Positions 1-9,500 of a stretch of 64,000 bases of DNA are shown piece by piece. The notes beneath the pieces were generated by a model. That model ran no database searches. It had not been told where the DNA came from and saw only the letters and a program-made list of their open reading frames with translations. Origin of the DNA: an uncultured Dehalococcoidia bacterium. GTDB lineage: Bacteria; Chloroflexota; Dehalococcoidia; Lucifugimonadales; UBA2962. Position 1 is the stretch's first letter; the number at the start of each line of letters is the position of its first letter. The translations under genes and the position numbers were made by a program. The stretch spans positions 149,366 through 213,365 of the forward strand of contig CAZWTT010000001.1 in assembly GCA_964637315.1 (NCBI GenBank). The letters run 5' to 3'.

Positions 1-96
1 ATTGCGGAAACTTTCCCGTTGCAGCATGCCGCTGATGCCCACTGCCTGATGGGAGAGACAAACTTCTTCGGCAAGATAGTTTTATCCGTCTCGTAA
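1..96 (+). CDS. C-terminal end of a zinc-binding/MDR (quinone oxidoreductase-like) dehydrogenase, cut by the window edge
   Basis: Frame 1 reads IAETFPLQHAADAHCLMGETNFFGKIVLSVS*, matching the typical MDR C-terminus FPLxxAxxAH...GKIVL. Confidence 0.7.
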   Translation: MAETFPLQHAADAHCLMGETNFFGKIVLSVS

Positions 97-129
97 CGGC
101 AGTCGTCAGTTTTCAGCGCAGCGGAGACA

Positions 130-897
130 GTGATGCCTGAATCGAGATTCGACGGCAAGGTCGCCCTGGTGACCGGTGGCGGCGCCGGACTTGGCCGTGC
201 GACCTGCCTGGCCTTCGCCGCCGGAGGCGCTGACGTCGTCGCCGCAGACCACGACGCCGAGGGCGCGGCACAGACCGCCGCGTTGATCAAGGCCGACGGC
301 GGAAGGGCCGCGTTCGTCGAGACCGACGTGACGCGGGCATCCGACTGTGAGCGCATGGTGGAAACGGCGATGCGCCGTTACGGACGATTGGACTTTGGCT
401 ACAACAATGCCGGTATGGGCGGTGAGGGCCTGCCCACTCACGAGACCACCCTGGCCCACTGGGACGCCCTCATTGCCGTCAACCTCACCGGCGTGTTCCT
501 GTCGATGAAGCACGAGATCCCGGCCATGCTGGAGACCGGTGGCGGGGCGATCGTCAACACTTCGTCCATCCGTGGCGTCGTCTCCTACCCCAACTTGTCC
601 GCCTACACCGCTTCTAAGCATGCCGTGCTAGGCTTGACCAGAGCCGCCGCTCTCGAATACGCCGACATGGGCATCCGGGTGAACGCCGTCTGCCCCGGTG
701 TGGTTAGGACCGCGCTGGTCGAGCGCAGCTTCGCCCGCATCGCCGGCTTCGAGGAGCGTGCGCTCTCCCTTCATCCCGCTGGCCGCTTCGGGACGCCTGA
801 GGAGATCGCCGCGACCGTTGAGTGGCTTTGCTCAGACGATGCGTCGTATGTGACCGGAACCGGACTGGTCGTCGACGGCGGCTGGGTGGCGCAGTAG
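130..897 (+). CDS. Short-chain dehydrogenase/reductase (classical SDR) 1
   Basis: TGGGAGLG, NNAG, YTASK, GIRVNAVCPG, VDGG motifs. Confidence 0.95.
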   Translation: MMPESRFDGKVALVTGGGAGLGRATCLAFAAGGADVVAADHDAEGAAQTAALIKADGGRAAFVETDVTRASDCERMVETAMRRYGRLDFGYNNAGMGGEGLPTHETTLAHWDALIAVNLTGVFLSMKHEIPAMLETGGGAIVNTSSIRGVVSYPNLSAYTASKHAVLGLTRAAALEYADMGIRVNAVCPGVVRTALVERSFARIAGFEERALSLHPAGRFGTPEEIAATVEWLCSDDASYVTGTGLVVDGGWVAQ

Positions 898-973
898 GGC
901 GGGGCCGGTTAGGATTCCTGCGCCAGTGCTCCAGAAACTGGGGTTACAAACAAAGCTGGAAATGTACTAACCA

Positions 974-1732
974 ATGGGCGACCTCGACGGAAAAGTAACT
1001 CTCATTACCGGCGCCGGCTCGGGTATCGGCCGTGCGACCGCCCTCGTCTTCGCCCGCGAGGGTGCGACGGTCGCGTGCTCCGACATCGACGCCGAGTCGG
1101 GCGAGGCGACCGTCCGCATGATCGAGGATCTCGGTGGCACTGCATCCTTCGTCCGTGCCGACGTCTCCATCGCCGCAGACGTGGAGGCGATGGTGCGGGC
1201 CGTCGTCAAGCGCTACGGCCGGTTGGACGTGGCCCACAACAACGCTGGCATTGGTGGTCTCGGTAAGCCAATAGACCAGTACACACTGGCCGAGTTTGAG
1301 CGCACCATGGCCGTCAACACCAAGGGCGTTTTCCTCTGCATGAAGTACCAGATTCCGCAGATGATGACGCAGGGTGGGGGAGCGATCGTCAACACCTCTT
1401 CAATGATGGGCCTAGTCGGCCTAGCAGGGATCAGCGCCTACGCCGCCAGCAAGCACGCCGTGGTCGGTCTGACGAGATCGGTGGCATTGGAATACGCCTC
1501 CAAGGGCATACGGATCAACTGCATCTGCCCCGGCATCACCCGCACCCCTATCAACCAGAAGTACTGGGACGAGTTCCCCGAGGCCGAGGAGGAGTGGCTG
1601 ACCATCGAGCCCATCGGGCGCTATGCCGAGCCCGAGGAGATCGCCGAGGTTGTGGCCTGGCTCGCCTCCGACGACGCCTCTTTCGTGCACGGCCACGCCA
1701 TGACGATAGACGGCGGTGCGACGGCCCAGTAG
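974..1732 (+). CDS. SDR 2
   Basis: TGAGSGIG, NNAG, YAASK, IDGG motifs. Confidence 0.95.
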   Translation: MGDLDGKVTLITGAGSGIGRATALVFAREGATVACSDIDAESGEATVRMIEDLGGTASFVRADVSIAADVEAMVRAVVKRYGRLDVAHNNAGIGGLGKPIDQYTLAEFERTMAVNTKGVFLCMKYQIPQMMTQGGGAIVNTSSMMGLVGLAGISAYAASKHAVVGLTRSVALEYASKGIRINCICPGITRTPINQKYWDEFPEAEEEWLTIEPIGRYAEPEEIAEVVAWLASDDASFVHGHAMTIDGGATAQ

Positions 1733-1780
1733 TGCCGCGGCTCACCAGCATGAAAGCCAAACGAGGTTATTAACCGGGAG

Positions 1781-2536
1781 ATGGACGTTTTCGACGAAAA
1801 GATCGCGCTGGTTACCGGCGCCTCGCGGGGCATCGGCCGGGCGGCGGCGCTCCGTTTCGCCCGCGACGGTGCCACGGTGGTGTGCTCCGACGTCGCCGAT
1901 GAGGGCGGTTACGAGACCGTCGAGATGATCGCCGGTATGGGTGGCACGGCGTCCTACGTCCATGCCGACGTCTCCTCAGAATCCGATGTGGAAGGGCTCA
2001 TCGCTGCCGCTTTGAGGTTTTACGGCAAGCTCGACATCGCATTCAACAACGCCGGTATCGGGCTATTCGGCAAAGCCATAGACGACCACACAGAGGCCGA
2101 CTACGACCGGGTGATGTCGATCAACAGCACGGGCGTCTTCCTCTGCATGAAGTACGAGATCCCGGCCATGCTTGAGGGCGGCGGCTGCATCGTCAACACT
2201 GCTTCACAGGCCGGCCTCGTCGGTAACGCCGGCCTGTCAGTCTATTCGGCCAGCAAGCACGCGGTCGTGGGCATGACTAAGGCCGCGGCCCTCGAATACG
2301 CGCGCAAGGGGATAAGAGTCAACTGCGTCGCCCCTGGCATGATCGACACCGAGATCAACACACCCTTCTGGGAGGCCCACCCGGGGACGTACGAGGAATG
2401 GAAGTCGAAACCCCCGATGGGTCGATACGGCACCGCCGGGGAGGTCGCCGAGGCCGTCGCCTGGCTCTGCACTGACGCCGCCGCGTTCGTGCACGGTCAC
2501 GCCATGTCCGTGGACGCCGGCATGGGAGCGATGTAG
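1781..2536 (+). CDS. SDR 3
   Basis: TGASRGIG, NNAG, YSASK motifs. Confidence 0.95.
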   Translation: MDVFDEKIALVTGASRGIGRAAALRFARDGATVVCSDVADEGGYETVEMIAGMGGTASYVHADVSSESDVEGLIAAALRFYGKLDIAFNNAGIGLFGKAIDDHTEADYDRVMSINSTGVFLCMKYEIPAMLEGGGCIVNTASQAGLVGNAGLSVYSASKHAVVGMTKAAALEYARKGIRVNCVAPGMIDTEINTPFWEAHPGTYEEWKSKPPMGRYGTAGEVAEAVAWLCTDAAAFVHGHAMSVDAGMGAM

Positions 2537-3300
2537 TGACCGCCTTGCTCGACGGAAAGGTGGCGGTGATCACCGGTGGCACCTATGGCATCGGCCGTGC
2601 CGTGTCCATGCGCGCCGCCGCCGAGGGCGCGAAAGTGGCCATCGGCGCTCGTGGTGAGGAGACCGGCGCCGAGCTGGTGCGAGAAATCCAAACCGCCGGA
2701 GGTGAGGCCATCTTTATCCCCACCGACGTCGCCGAGCCCGACCAGGTCGCGGCTCTGATCGACGGGGCCGTGGCCACTTATGGCCGGCTGGACCTCGCCT
2801 GCAACAATGCCGGCATCGGTGCCGAACCTCTCGTCATCCATGAGGTGACCGAGGAAGACTTTGAGTTGGTCATGGCGGTCAACCTGCGCGGCGCCTTTGT
2901 GTGCGTAAAACTCGAACTGCAACAGATGCTCAAGACCGGTGGCGGCAGCATCGTCAACATGGCGAGCGCCAACGGCCTCATCGGCACCGCGCTCTTCGCC
3001 GCCTATACCGCCAGCAAGCACGGCATGGTCGGTCTGACCAAGTCGGCTGCGCTGGAGTATGCTGACAAGGGCATCCGGGTGAACGCGGTCTGTCCCGGCG
3101 GGGTAGACACCCCGCTATTCGAGCAGACCTACGGGCCCGAGGGCACCGATGCGCGGGAGGCGGCCACGGCCTTCCACCCCATCGGCAGGATCGGGAGACC
3201 GGAGGAGATCGCTTCCGCGGTCGTCTTTCTCTGGTCTGACAGGGCGTCGTACATCACCGGCTCCTGCCTCACCATCGACGGTGGTCTAACGGCCACCTAG
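2536..3300 (+). CDS. SDR 4
   Basis: TGGTYGIG, NNAG, YTASK motifs; GTG start overlaps the SDR3 stop by 1 nt. Confidence 0.95.
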   Translation: MTALLDGKVAVITGGTYGIGRAVSMRAAAEGAKVAIGARGEETGAELVREIQTAGGEAIFIPTDVAEPDQVAALIDGAVATYGRLDLACNNAGIGAEPLVIHEVTEEDFELVMAVNLRGAFVCVKLELQQMLKTGGGSIVNMASANGLIGTALFAAYTASKHGMVGLTKSAALEYADKGIRVNAVCPGGVDTPLFEQTYGPEGTDAREAATAFHPIGRIGRPEEIASAVVFLWSDRASYITGSCLTIDGGLTAT

Positions 3301-3446
3301 CGCCGGATACGGCGGTCGTGGAACAGGCAATGGTTCGCCCAGCCGGCGTACCTTCTCGCCACGTCGCTGCCAGCGAAACCCCAGCCCACTGTCCAGTGTC
3401 GCTTCTAGGTCCAGCGGGCTGGGCAGGGTGATCAGCATTGAGGGGT

Positions 3447-6326
3447 CTATTTCCCCAAGAACTCGCGAATCGCGCTCGGCACCTCGTCGAGGGGTAGTTG
3501 AGTAAACGTCGCCGGTGGAAGCGACCTGACGAACGTCTTGCCATACCCCTTCGATACTATGCGCCGGTCCAATATCACCGCCACACCCGTATCCGAACTG
3601 GTTCGGATCAGTCGGCCGAAACCCTGGCGCAGCCTGAGGACCGCCTCCGGCACCGAGTACTGGCGAAACGAGTCCTCGAACAACTCCGACCGGGCCGAGA
3701 AGATGGGGTCGGTCGGCACCGAGAATGGTAACCGCGCCACCAGTAGCACCTGCAACGACTCCCCGGATAGGTCGACGCCCTCCCAGAAGCTGGCGGTGCC
3801 TAATATCACCGACTTCGGGTTCGCCAGGAAGTCGGCGACGATGCGATGGGGCGTGCCGTCAGCGCCCTGTGCCAGGACCGAGATGCCGTGCGGTGCCAGC
3901 GCCGGTCGCACGGCCTGGGTCGCCTGCTGCAGCGAGGCGTAGGACGTGAACAGGGCCATCGTCCGGCCGCCTGCGGCCACCGATGCGTCGACAATCGCCT
4001 GTTCGACGGCGCCCTGGTAGGCCCAGGACGACGGCTCGGGCACGTCGGTTGGGAGACAGACCAGCGCCGATTTCGGGTAGTCGAACGGCGATCCCAGCAA
4101 CAGGTGCTCGGCGTCGTCGAAGCCCGTTCGATCGACGAGGTGGTCGAACGTCCCGTCGGCCGCCAGGGTGGCGCTGGTCATCACCACCGCGCCGGTGCGG
4201 GAATACACCATGTCCTCCAGTGTGTCGCCGACATGCAGGGGCGCGGCGTTGAGCGATATCTCCGGCGTCCGTCTGCCCTGTCTCGCCGAGCGCGACACCC
4301 AGTACACGCTGTCCCTGTTCGGGTGTGGAAAGAACTCCGCCATACGGGCGCGGATCTGGTCGTTGGACTGGAACAGCTCAGCCGCCTCCACCAGCAGCCC
4401 CTCGTACCCCGGGAGGCTCGACTCTTCCAAATCGTCCAACGCCGTTAGAAGACGGGTGAGCGCAACGGACAGCTCGGACAGGGCCACGTCCACTTTCTCC
4501 CATTTCGCCTCTAGGCCCGACCAGGCGGGCTGCGCTCTGGTTCCGCTTGTGATCCTGATTTCCTGCGTCCGCCCGCCCGCCTTTCGTTCGTTCGACCTGG
4601 TCTCGTCGGCCATCGCGCCCACGTTGGCCAGCAGGCCGGCCAGCGCCTCCCGCACCTTGGGGGCCATGGCGGCAGTGTCGTCGGCCACCTTCCGCACCGT
4701 CTGACGGCGGCTGTCGGCCACAGACTCCGCTTTCAGCACCCCCACCGCGGTGGCGAGCAAGCTCCCGTCGCCAGAGATCGCCGCGAGGTGGTCCTGCATC
4801 GCGGGCAGACTCAGCTCGAACCCCAGCTGTCTGGTGGCCGACTCCTCCAAATGATGGGCTTCGTCGATTATTAGAAGGTCGTGGTCCGGCAGGATCGAGT
4901 TGTCCGTGGCAAGGTCCGCCATCAGCAGCGCGTGGTTCACGATGACAAGATGGGCCGAGGCTGCCCGTTCGCGGGCGGCCCTCAGAAAGCATACCCCCGA
5001 CACGCCGTTACAGTCGCTTGCGCCCTGCGCCGAGAGCCGGTCCCAGGGCGTCGCGACGGCTCGTCCACCGAGATTGAGCTCGGACCGGTCGCCCGTCGCG
5101 GTCTCCCTCAGCCACACGAGTAGCTTCGACAGCATGCGGGCCTCCGGCTCCGATGGCGACTCGCTAGCCCTCAACCTGAGCAGCCGGTTGAGGCATAGGT
5201 AGTTCGACCGACCCTTCAACTGGGTGGCCCGCAGGCCTTTCTGGTCCACGCCGTCTGATTCCGCCGCCTGGAGTGCCTGTATGAGAACCGGCAGGTCCTT
5301 GTTGAGCAGTTGCTCCTGCAGATTGATCGTGTTCGTCGACACCACCACCCTGGCGTCGTTTTTTAGAGCGAACAGGACCGCCGGCAGCAGGTACGCCAGT
5401 GACTTGCCCACGCCCGTGCCCGCTTCGACTATTAGACGACCATTGCCCGTCGCTCCGGAGTTCACCGCCTCGGCTACGGCGCGGGCCATCCCCACCTGCT
5501 CTTCCCGGTGCTCGAAGCTCGGCAGGGAGGCGGCCAGCGGCCCGTCCTCGCCCAGCATCCTGGCGACCATCTCGACGTCCACCGGCTTCGGCTCCCGGGT
5601 GGACCTTAGTGCCGGAGCCCTCTGGATGCGTGCCCGGATTGCCGCCAGATTGAACCCGATCGTGGGTGCCGCATCGCCTTTTCGTTCGGACCGCAGCTCG
5701 GCAAGCCGTTGGTCGACCAGCCCTGAAGCGACATAGGCGAGCCGCGCATTGGATCGGCGCGCGGCCCTGTCGATCTCGACAAGCAAGTCTGTTTCCAACT
5801 CGGCCGCCCGTTTGACCATCTCTACGAACAGGCGGCCCGTCACAATGGCGTCCTCCAGCGCCCGGTGTGGCCGATCGTGGGCCACCCCAAGCTCAGCGGC
5901 GATCTTGGCCAGCCCATAAGCCGGGGAGCCCGGCCGCAGCACGTACGCAAGGTCCCACGTATCGGAGGTCGGGTTGGCCGGACGGAGACCCCCGGCGGCT
6001 AGAAAGCCAAGGTCGAACCCGACGTTGTGGCCGACTATCGGCGCTCCCCCTATGAAGGCGGTAAGCTCGGGGATGACCTCGGAAAACAGGGGCGCCGCGT
6101 CCACATTGACCTGGGTGATGCCCGTATACCCGGCGATGAAATCGCTCAGCTTGCGCCCGGGATTGATGAAAGTCTCGAAGGTGCCGAGCCTCTCGTCACC
6201 CCGGAACCGGACGGCACCGATCTCGATGATCGCTTCAGACTTCGGGGACAGCCCCGTCGTCTCAAGATCGAGGGCAATCCACTCCTCTTCCAGGATCGGC
6301 GTGCGGGTCGGAAGTAACTGTCTTAT
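3447..6326 (-). CDS. dinG: DEDDh exonuclease-DinG family helicase fusion; start uncertain (ATA 6326 or CTG 6293)
   Basis: The frame is open upstream of the track's GTG (6104) and reads WIALDLETTGLSP..IIEIGAVRF (ExoI); also HNVGFD, HRALED, EAGTGVGKS, DEAHH, QGFGRLIR. Confidence 0.9.
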   Translation of the reverse strand: MRQLLPTRTPILEEEWIALDLETTGLSPKSEAIIEIGAVRFRGDERLGTFETFINPGRKLSDFIAGYTGITQVNVDAAPLFSEVIPELTAFIGGAPIVGHNVGFDLGFLAAGGLRPANPTSDTWDLAYVLRPGSPAYGLAKIAAELGVAHDRPHRALEDAIVTGRLFVEMVKRAAELETDLLVEIDRAARRSNARLAYVASGLVDQRLAELRSERKGDAAPTIGFNLAAIRARIQRAPALRSTREPKPVDVEMVARMLGEDGPLAASLPSFEHREEQVGMARAVAEAVNSGATGNGRLIVEAGTGVGKSLAYLLPAVLFALKNDARVVVSTNTINLQEQLLNKDLPVLIQALQAAESDGVDQKGLRATQLKGRSNYLCLNRLLRLRASESPSEPEARMLSKLLVWLRETATGDRSELNLGGRAVATPWDRLSAQGASDCNGVSGVCFLRAARERAASAHLVIVNHALLMADLATDNSILPDHDLLIIDEAHHLEESATRQLGFELSLPAMQDHLAAISGDGSLLATAVGVLKAESVADSRRQTVRKVADDTAAMAPKVREALAGLLANVGAMADETRSNERKAGGRTQEIRITSGTRAQPAWSGLEAKWEKVDVALSELSVALTRLLTALDDLEESSLPGYEGLLVEAAELFQSNDQIRARMAEFFPHPNRDSVYWVSRSARQGRRTPEISLNAAPLHVGDTLEDMVYSRTGAVVMTSATLAADGTFDHLVDRTGFDDAEHLLLGSPFDYPKSALVCLPTDVPEPSSWAYQGAVEQAIVDASVAAGGRTMALFTSYASLQQATQAVRPALAPHGISVLAQGADGTPHRIVADFLANPKSVILGTASFWEGVDLSGESLQVLLVARLPFSVPTDPIFSARSELFEDSFRQYSVPEAVLRLRQGFGRLIRTSSDTGVAVILDRRIVSKGYGKTFVRSLPPATFTQLPLDEVPSAIREFLGK

Positions 6327-6356
6327 TGTCGGTTCATCCCTTCGAGCTTGCCCAGT

Positions 6357-6773
6357 CTAGCTCGCGAAATGTGGTAGCGCCCAGCCGAAGACACCGGCGA
6401 ACGATAGCCCCATGACGATCACCGCCGGCGCGGAGCGCCGTAGCAAGTAGGCTGCAGGTGTCGCCATCAGGACGGCAAGACCGACGAGTACAACCGTATA
6501 CACAAGGTTGGGACTTCCCATGCCGGCGCCCGGTGCCCCGCGCTCGATGGCCACCAGCACCAGTCCCATGACCGCCCCTATCGTCGCCCAGGCCGGGTAG
6601 AAAGCCAGAACGATCGTCACGAAACGGGTGGTGTTGCCGTCACGTGCGGCCAGCAGCTGGACGGTCGGCGACTTGGGGTCTACATATGGCAGCAGGATGA
6701 CCGCGCCCACGGCCACGAAGATTGAGGCCATCAGCATTCCTAGGAACGCCCCTGCCAGCACGGCGTCGGTCAC
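6357..6773 (-). CDS. Hypothetical membrane protein (about 4 TM)
   Basis: 138 aa hydrophobic ORF co-oriented between ispE and dinG. Confidence 0.7.
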   Translation of the reverse strand: MTDAVLAGAFLGMLMASIFVAVGAVILLPYVDPKSPTVQLLAARDGNTTRFVTIVLAFYPAWATIGAVMGLVLVAIERGAPGAGMGSPNLVYTVVLVGLAVLMATPAAYLLRRSAPAVIVMGLSFAGVFGWALPHFAS

Positions 6774-6822
6774 GTGGCGTTCCCGTTGCAGCGTCCCTGT
6801 TGCGGCGTCCCTCGCGCCGTAC

Positions 6823-7695
6823 TCAAAACGACCAATCGACCGGCGGCGTGGGCGAGACTAAGTGAGCGCGCCAGCCGCACCTGTGCCGGAGCAGCAGCTC
6901 CAGTGCCGTCCCGACCTCCCGCCGAGACACCAGGGTGAACAGCGACGGACCGGCGCCGCACAGGTGAATCTCAGTCGCTCCCATGCTCGCAAGCGAGACC
7001 CTGTACTCCGATAGCGCCGGATACGCCTCGGCGGCGATGTCGTCGAAGCGGTTGTAGAGGAATTGGGCGGGTACGTCGACTCCTCCCCGTATCCGCGCCT
7101 CCAGCTTTCGGGTCAGTGCTCCTCTGGTGGAGGCCTGAGGCCTCAACAGGCCGAACAACGTCGCCGTCTTGTTCTCGACCGGGATGTCGGGACACAGGAT
7201 GAGAGCGTGTTTGATGTCGGCCGCCGGCAGGGGCCGGACGATCTCCCCTCGGCCCTGCATCATCGCGGTGCCGCCGTGGAGAAAGAACGGCACGTCAGAG
7301 CCCAACTCCGCCGCGATCGGGGTCAGGTCATCCACCGTCATGCCTAGGCCCCACAGCCGATTCAAGCCGGTCAGCACCGCCGCCGCGTCGCTGGAGCCGC
7401 CGCCCAATCCAGCCGCCGCCGGGATTTTTTTTTGCAGCGATATGCGAACCCCATCGCTCTTTCCGACCTCCTCCCGGAGCCTGTCGGCCGCCAGATAAGC
7501 AAGGTTGTCAGAACCCGCGAACTCCGGCACATTGCACTCCAGCGTCAGATCGTCGGCATCCTCCAACGTAAGCTCGTCGGCCAGATCGACGGCGACCAGA
7601 ATCGATGCCAGGTCGTGGTAGCCATCGGCCCTTTTCCCCAGCACCTCCAGCGTCAGGTTGATCTTGGCGGGCGCCGTTACATGCACGTCGCTCAT
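6823..7695 (-). CDS. ispE: 4-diphosphocytidyl-2-C-methyl-D-erythritol kinase
   Basis: APAKINLTL, DGYH, KKIPAAAGLGGGSSDAA, LGSDVPFF. Confidence 0.95.
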   Translation of the reverse strand: MSDVHVTAPAKINLTLEVLGKRADGYHDLASILVAVDLADELTLEDADDLTLECNVPEFAGSDNLAYLAADRLREEVGKSDGVRISLQKKIPAAAGLGGGSSDAAAVLTGLNRLWGLGMTVDDLTPIAAELGSDVPFFLHGGTAMMQGRGEIVRPLPAADIKHALILCPDIPVENKTATLFGLLRPQASTRGALTRKLEARIRGGVDVPAQFLYNRFDDIAAEAYPALSEYRVSLASMGATEIHLCGAGPSLFTLVSRREVGTALELLLRHRCGWRAHLVSPTPPVDWSF

Positions 7696-8522
7696 GCTCG
7701 CGGTTCCAATTTAAGTAAGGCGTAGTACACTGCGCTCCACTCCGTCAGCGACAGCGTTTGTGCCCGCCGCGTGTCGTCGATGCCAGATGCCTGGAGTATG
7801 TCGTCTACCGGGGCGGCATCCATATCAAGACCGTTCCTGAGGCTGTTACGCAGTTGCTTGCGCCGCGCCGAGAACCCGGCCCGCACCAGTTCGAGGAATT
7901 GCTCTTCCGAGTCGAGATCGAGTACGGGCTCCGGATGTGGGGTTATTTCGACGACGGCGGAGGTGACCTTCGGCCGAGGCCTGAACGCCGCCGGAGGGAC
8001 CGTGAACAGCTTGCGCACGTGAGCACGTAACTGCACCTCTACCGACAGGTACGTCATGTCACCCGGAACGGCGGTCATAGACTCGGCCACCTCGCGTTGA
8101 AGCATCACCACCAACAGGTCCGGCCGTTGGGGGGCCGTTAGGAACCGACGGATGATGGGCGAAGCGACGTTGTAGGGCAGATTGCCCACTAGCTTGTATG
8201 GCCTGCCCGACTCGACGAGACCGGCAGGATCGACTTCCAGAGCGTTGCCGTGCACGATCTTAACCGAGGCATCAGACGCGAAGCGGCCCACCAATGCAGG
8301 AGCGAGAGAATCATCCATCTCGACGGCCGTCAGATGGCCCGCCCACTTCGCCAGCAGATTCGTGAGGGCGCCCCGCCCCGGCCCGATCTCCACCACTGCG
8401 TCGGTCGGGGCAAGGTCGAGGGCGTCGACGATCCTCAGTGCGACAGTGTGGTCGTGCAAGAAGTTTTGACCAAGCGAGCGCTTGGGTCGTGAGTCGGTCT
8501 TGTTACGCGTTGCTGACCCCAT
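7692..8522 (-). CDS. rsmA: 16S rRNA adenine dimethyltransferase
   Basis: LGQNFL, EIGPGRG, GNLPYN, F.PRPKVTS, RRKQLRN. Confidence 0.96.
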   Translation of the reverse strand: MGSATRNKTDSRPKRSLGQNFLHDHTVALRIVDALDLAPTDAVVEIGPGRGALTNLLAKWAGHLTAVEMDDSLAPALVGRFASDASVKIVHGNALEVDPAGLVESGRPYKLVGNLPYNVASPIIRRFLTAPQRPDLLVVMLQREVAESMTAVPGDMTYLSVEVQLRAHVRKLFTVPPAAFRPRPKVTSAVVEITPHPEPVLDLDSEEQFLELVRAGFSARRKQLRNSLRNGLDMDAAPVDDILQASGIDDTRRAQTLSLTEWSAVYYALLKLEPRA

Positions 8523-8562
8523 CGCCGCAGAGTATCGTGAATTCAGGGAAGGTGTGTGAGGT

Positions 8563-8831
8563 GGCCGTGCACCCCTGTTTCGATCTCCTCCTGAGACATG
8601 ACCGTCGGGGCCGGCTCAAGCCAGGTGGACCCACGGCACCCGAAAGACTCTGCTTACCGCTGCTTCCTTCCGGACCTGACGGGGTTCACAGGCTCTCGCC
8701 GCGTGGGACCCGGCCCTCAACGCCGGCGTCCGGGGACAGTGGTCTCGGAAGGGGGACCTCCGAGGGGAATTCAGCCTCGCTAAAGCGGATTGCGAGTACA
8801 GGGCACCGCTAGCTCCCCGCCTAGCACGGCC
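8563..8831 (-). ncRNA. ffs: Large (Bacillus-type, Alu-domain) signal recognition particle RNA
   Basis: Minus strand reads GCCGUGCUAGGCGGGGAGCUAGCGGUGCCCUGUA...GAACCCCGUCAGGUCCGGAAGGAAGCAGCGG...GUGCACGGC; 5' and 3' ends pair; helix 8 motif present. Confidence 0.95.
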
Positions 8832-8837
8832 GTCTTC

Positions 8838-8866
8838 ATGGTAGGCAACGGGACACCCGGACGCAA
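8838..8866 (-). promoter_or_regulatory. Putative sigma70 promoter of ffs
   Basis: TTGCGT-N17-TACCAT on the minus strand, 6 nt before the RNA 5' end. Confidence 0.55.
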
Positions 8867-8995
8867 CCGGGTGCGCAACCGCCACAAACCCTTCACGCGG
8901 TCACCCCAAAGGGTCACGATTTGCGCACCAAGCACTCCGCTAATGTTCTCGACACGCGTAAAGGGTTGGGCGTAGCCACCCGGGACGCAAGCGCC

Positions 8996-9149
8996 ATGGC
9001 AAACGTCACCCAGACAGAGTGCCTGAGGAAAGTCTACGGCGACAACGTCGCCGTGGACGATGTTTCGTTCTCCGTCGCTGAGGGCGAGATTTACGGCTTG
9101 CTTGGTCGCAACGGAGCGGGCAAGATCACCTCGGTCGAGTGCGTGCAGG
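8996..9149 (+). pseudogene. N-terminal fragment of an ABC transporter ATP-binding protein
   Basis: LRKVYGDNVAVDDVSFSVAEGEIYGLLGRNGAGKIT (Walker A); homology ends after about 50 aa. Confidence 0.8.
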
Positions 9150-9457
9150 TGCCTCAGGAAGTCGGCAGCGACCCCAGCAAGAGCCTTTTCAACCCTGTCC
9201 AGTTCTTTCGACCTAGTCGTAACGTCCCGCTTCTTGGCGGTGTCAAGATGCAGCCTGACCAGCTTTGGATCGGTGAACTTCTCCAGATACGCTAGGATCG
9301 CATGTTCTAGCCGGTTGGCAGCGTGACCGTTGTAGGTATCGCAAACGTCCCGGCTTTTTTACGCTCTGGGGCACCAGTAATTCTTGTACAGGGTGCCATC
9401 CTTTCTCTTGTATCCGGCTTTGCCCACCATTGGGCCGCCGCAGTTGCCGCACTTCGC
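9150..9457 (-). pseudogene. Remnant of a large serine recombinase (zinc-ribbon plus coiled-coil region)
   Basis: Translation AKCGNCGGPMVGK...YKNYWCPRA*KSRDVC...ANRLEHAILAYL...KELDRVEKAL; in-frame TAA at 9359-9361; not in the ORF track. Confidence 0.75.
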
Positions 9458-9500
9458 CTGGTGGAGGCTATGCACCGACGGGTAGCGTGATCGCGATCGG

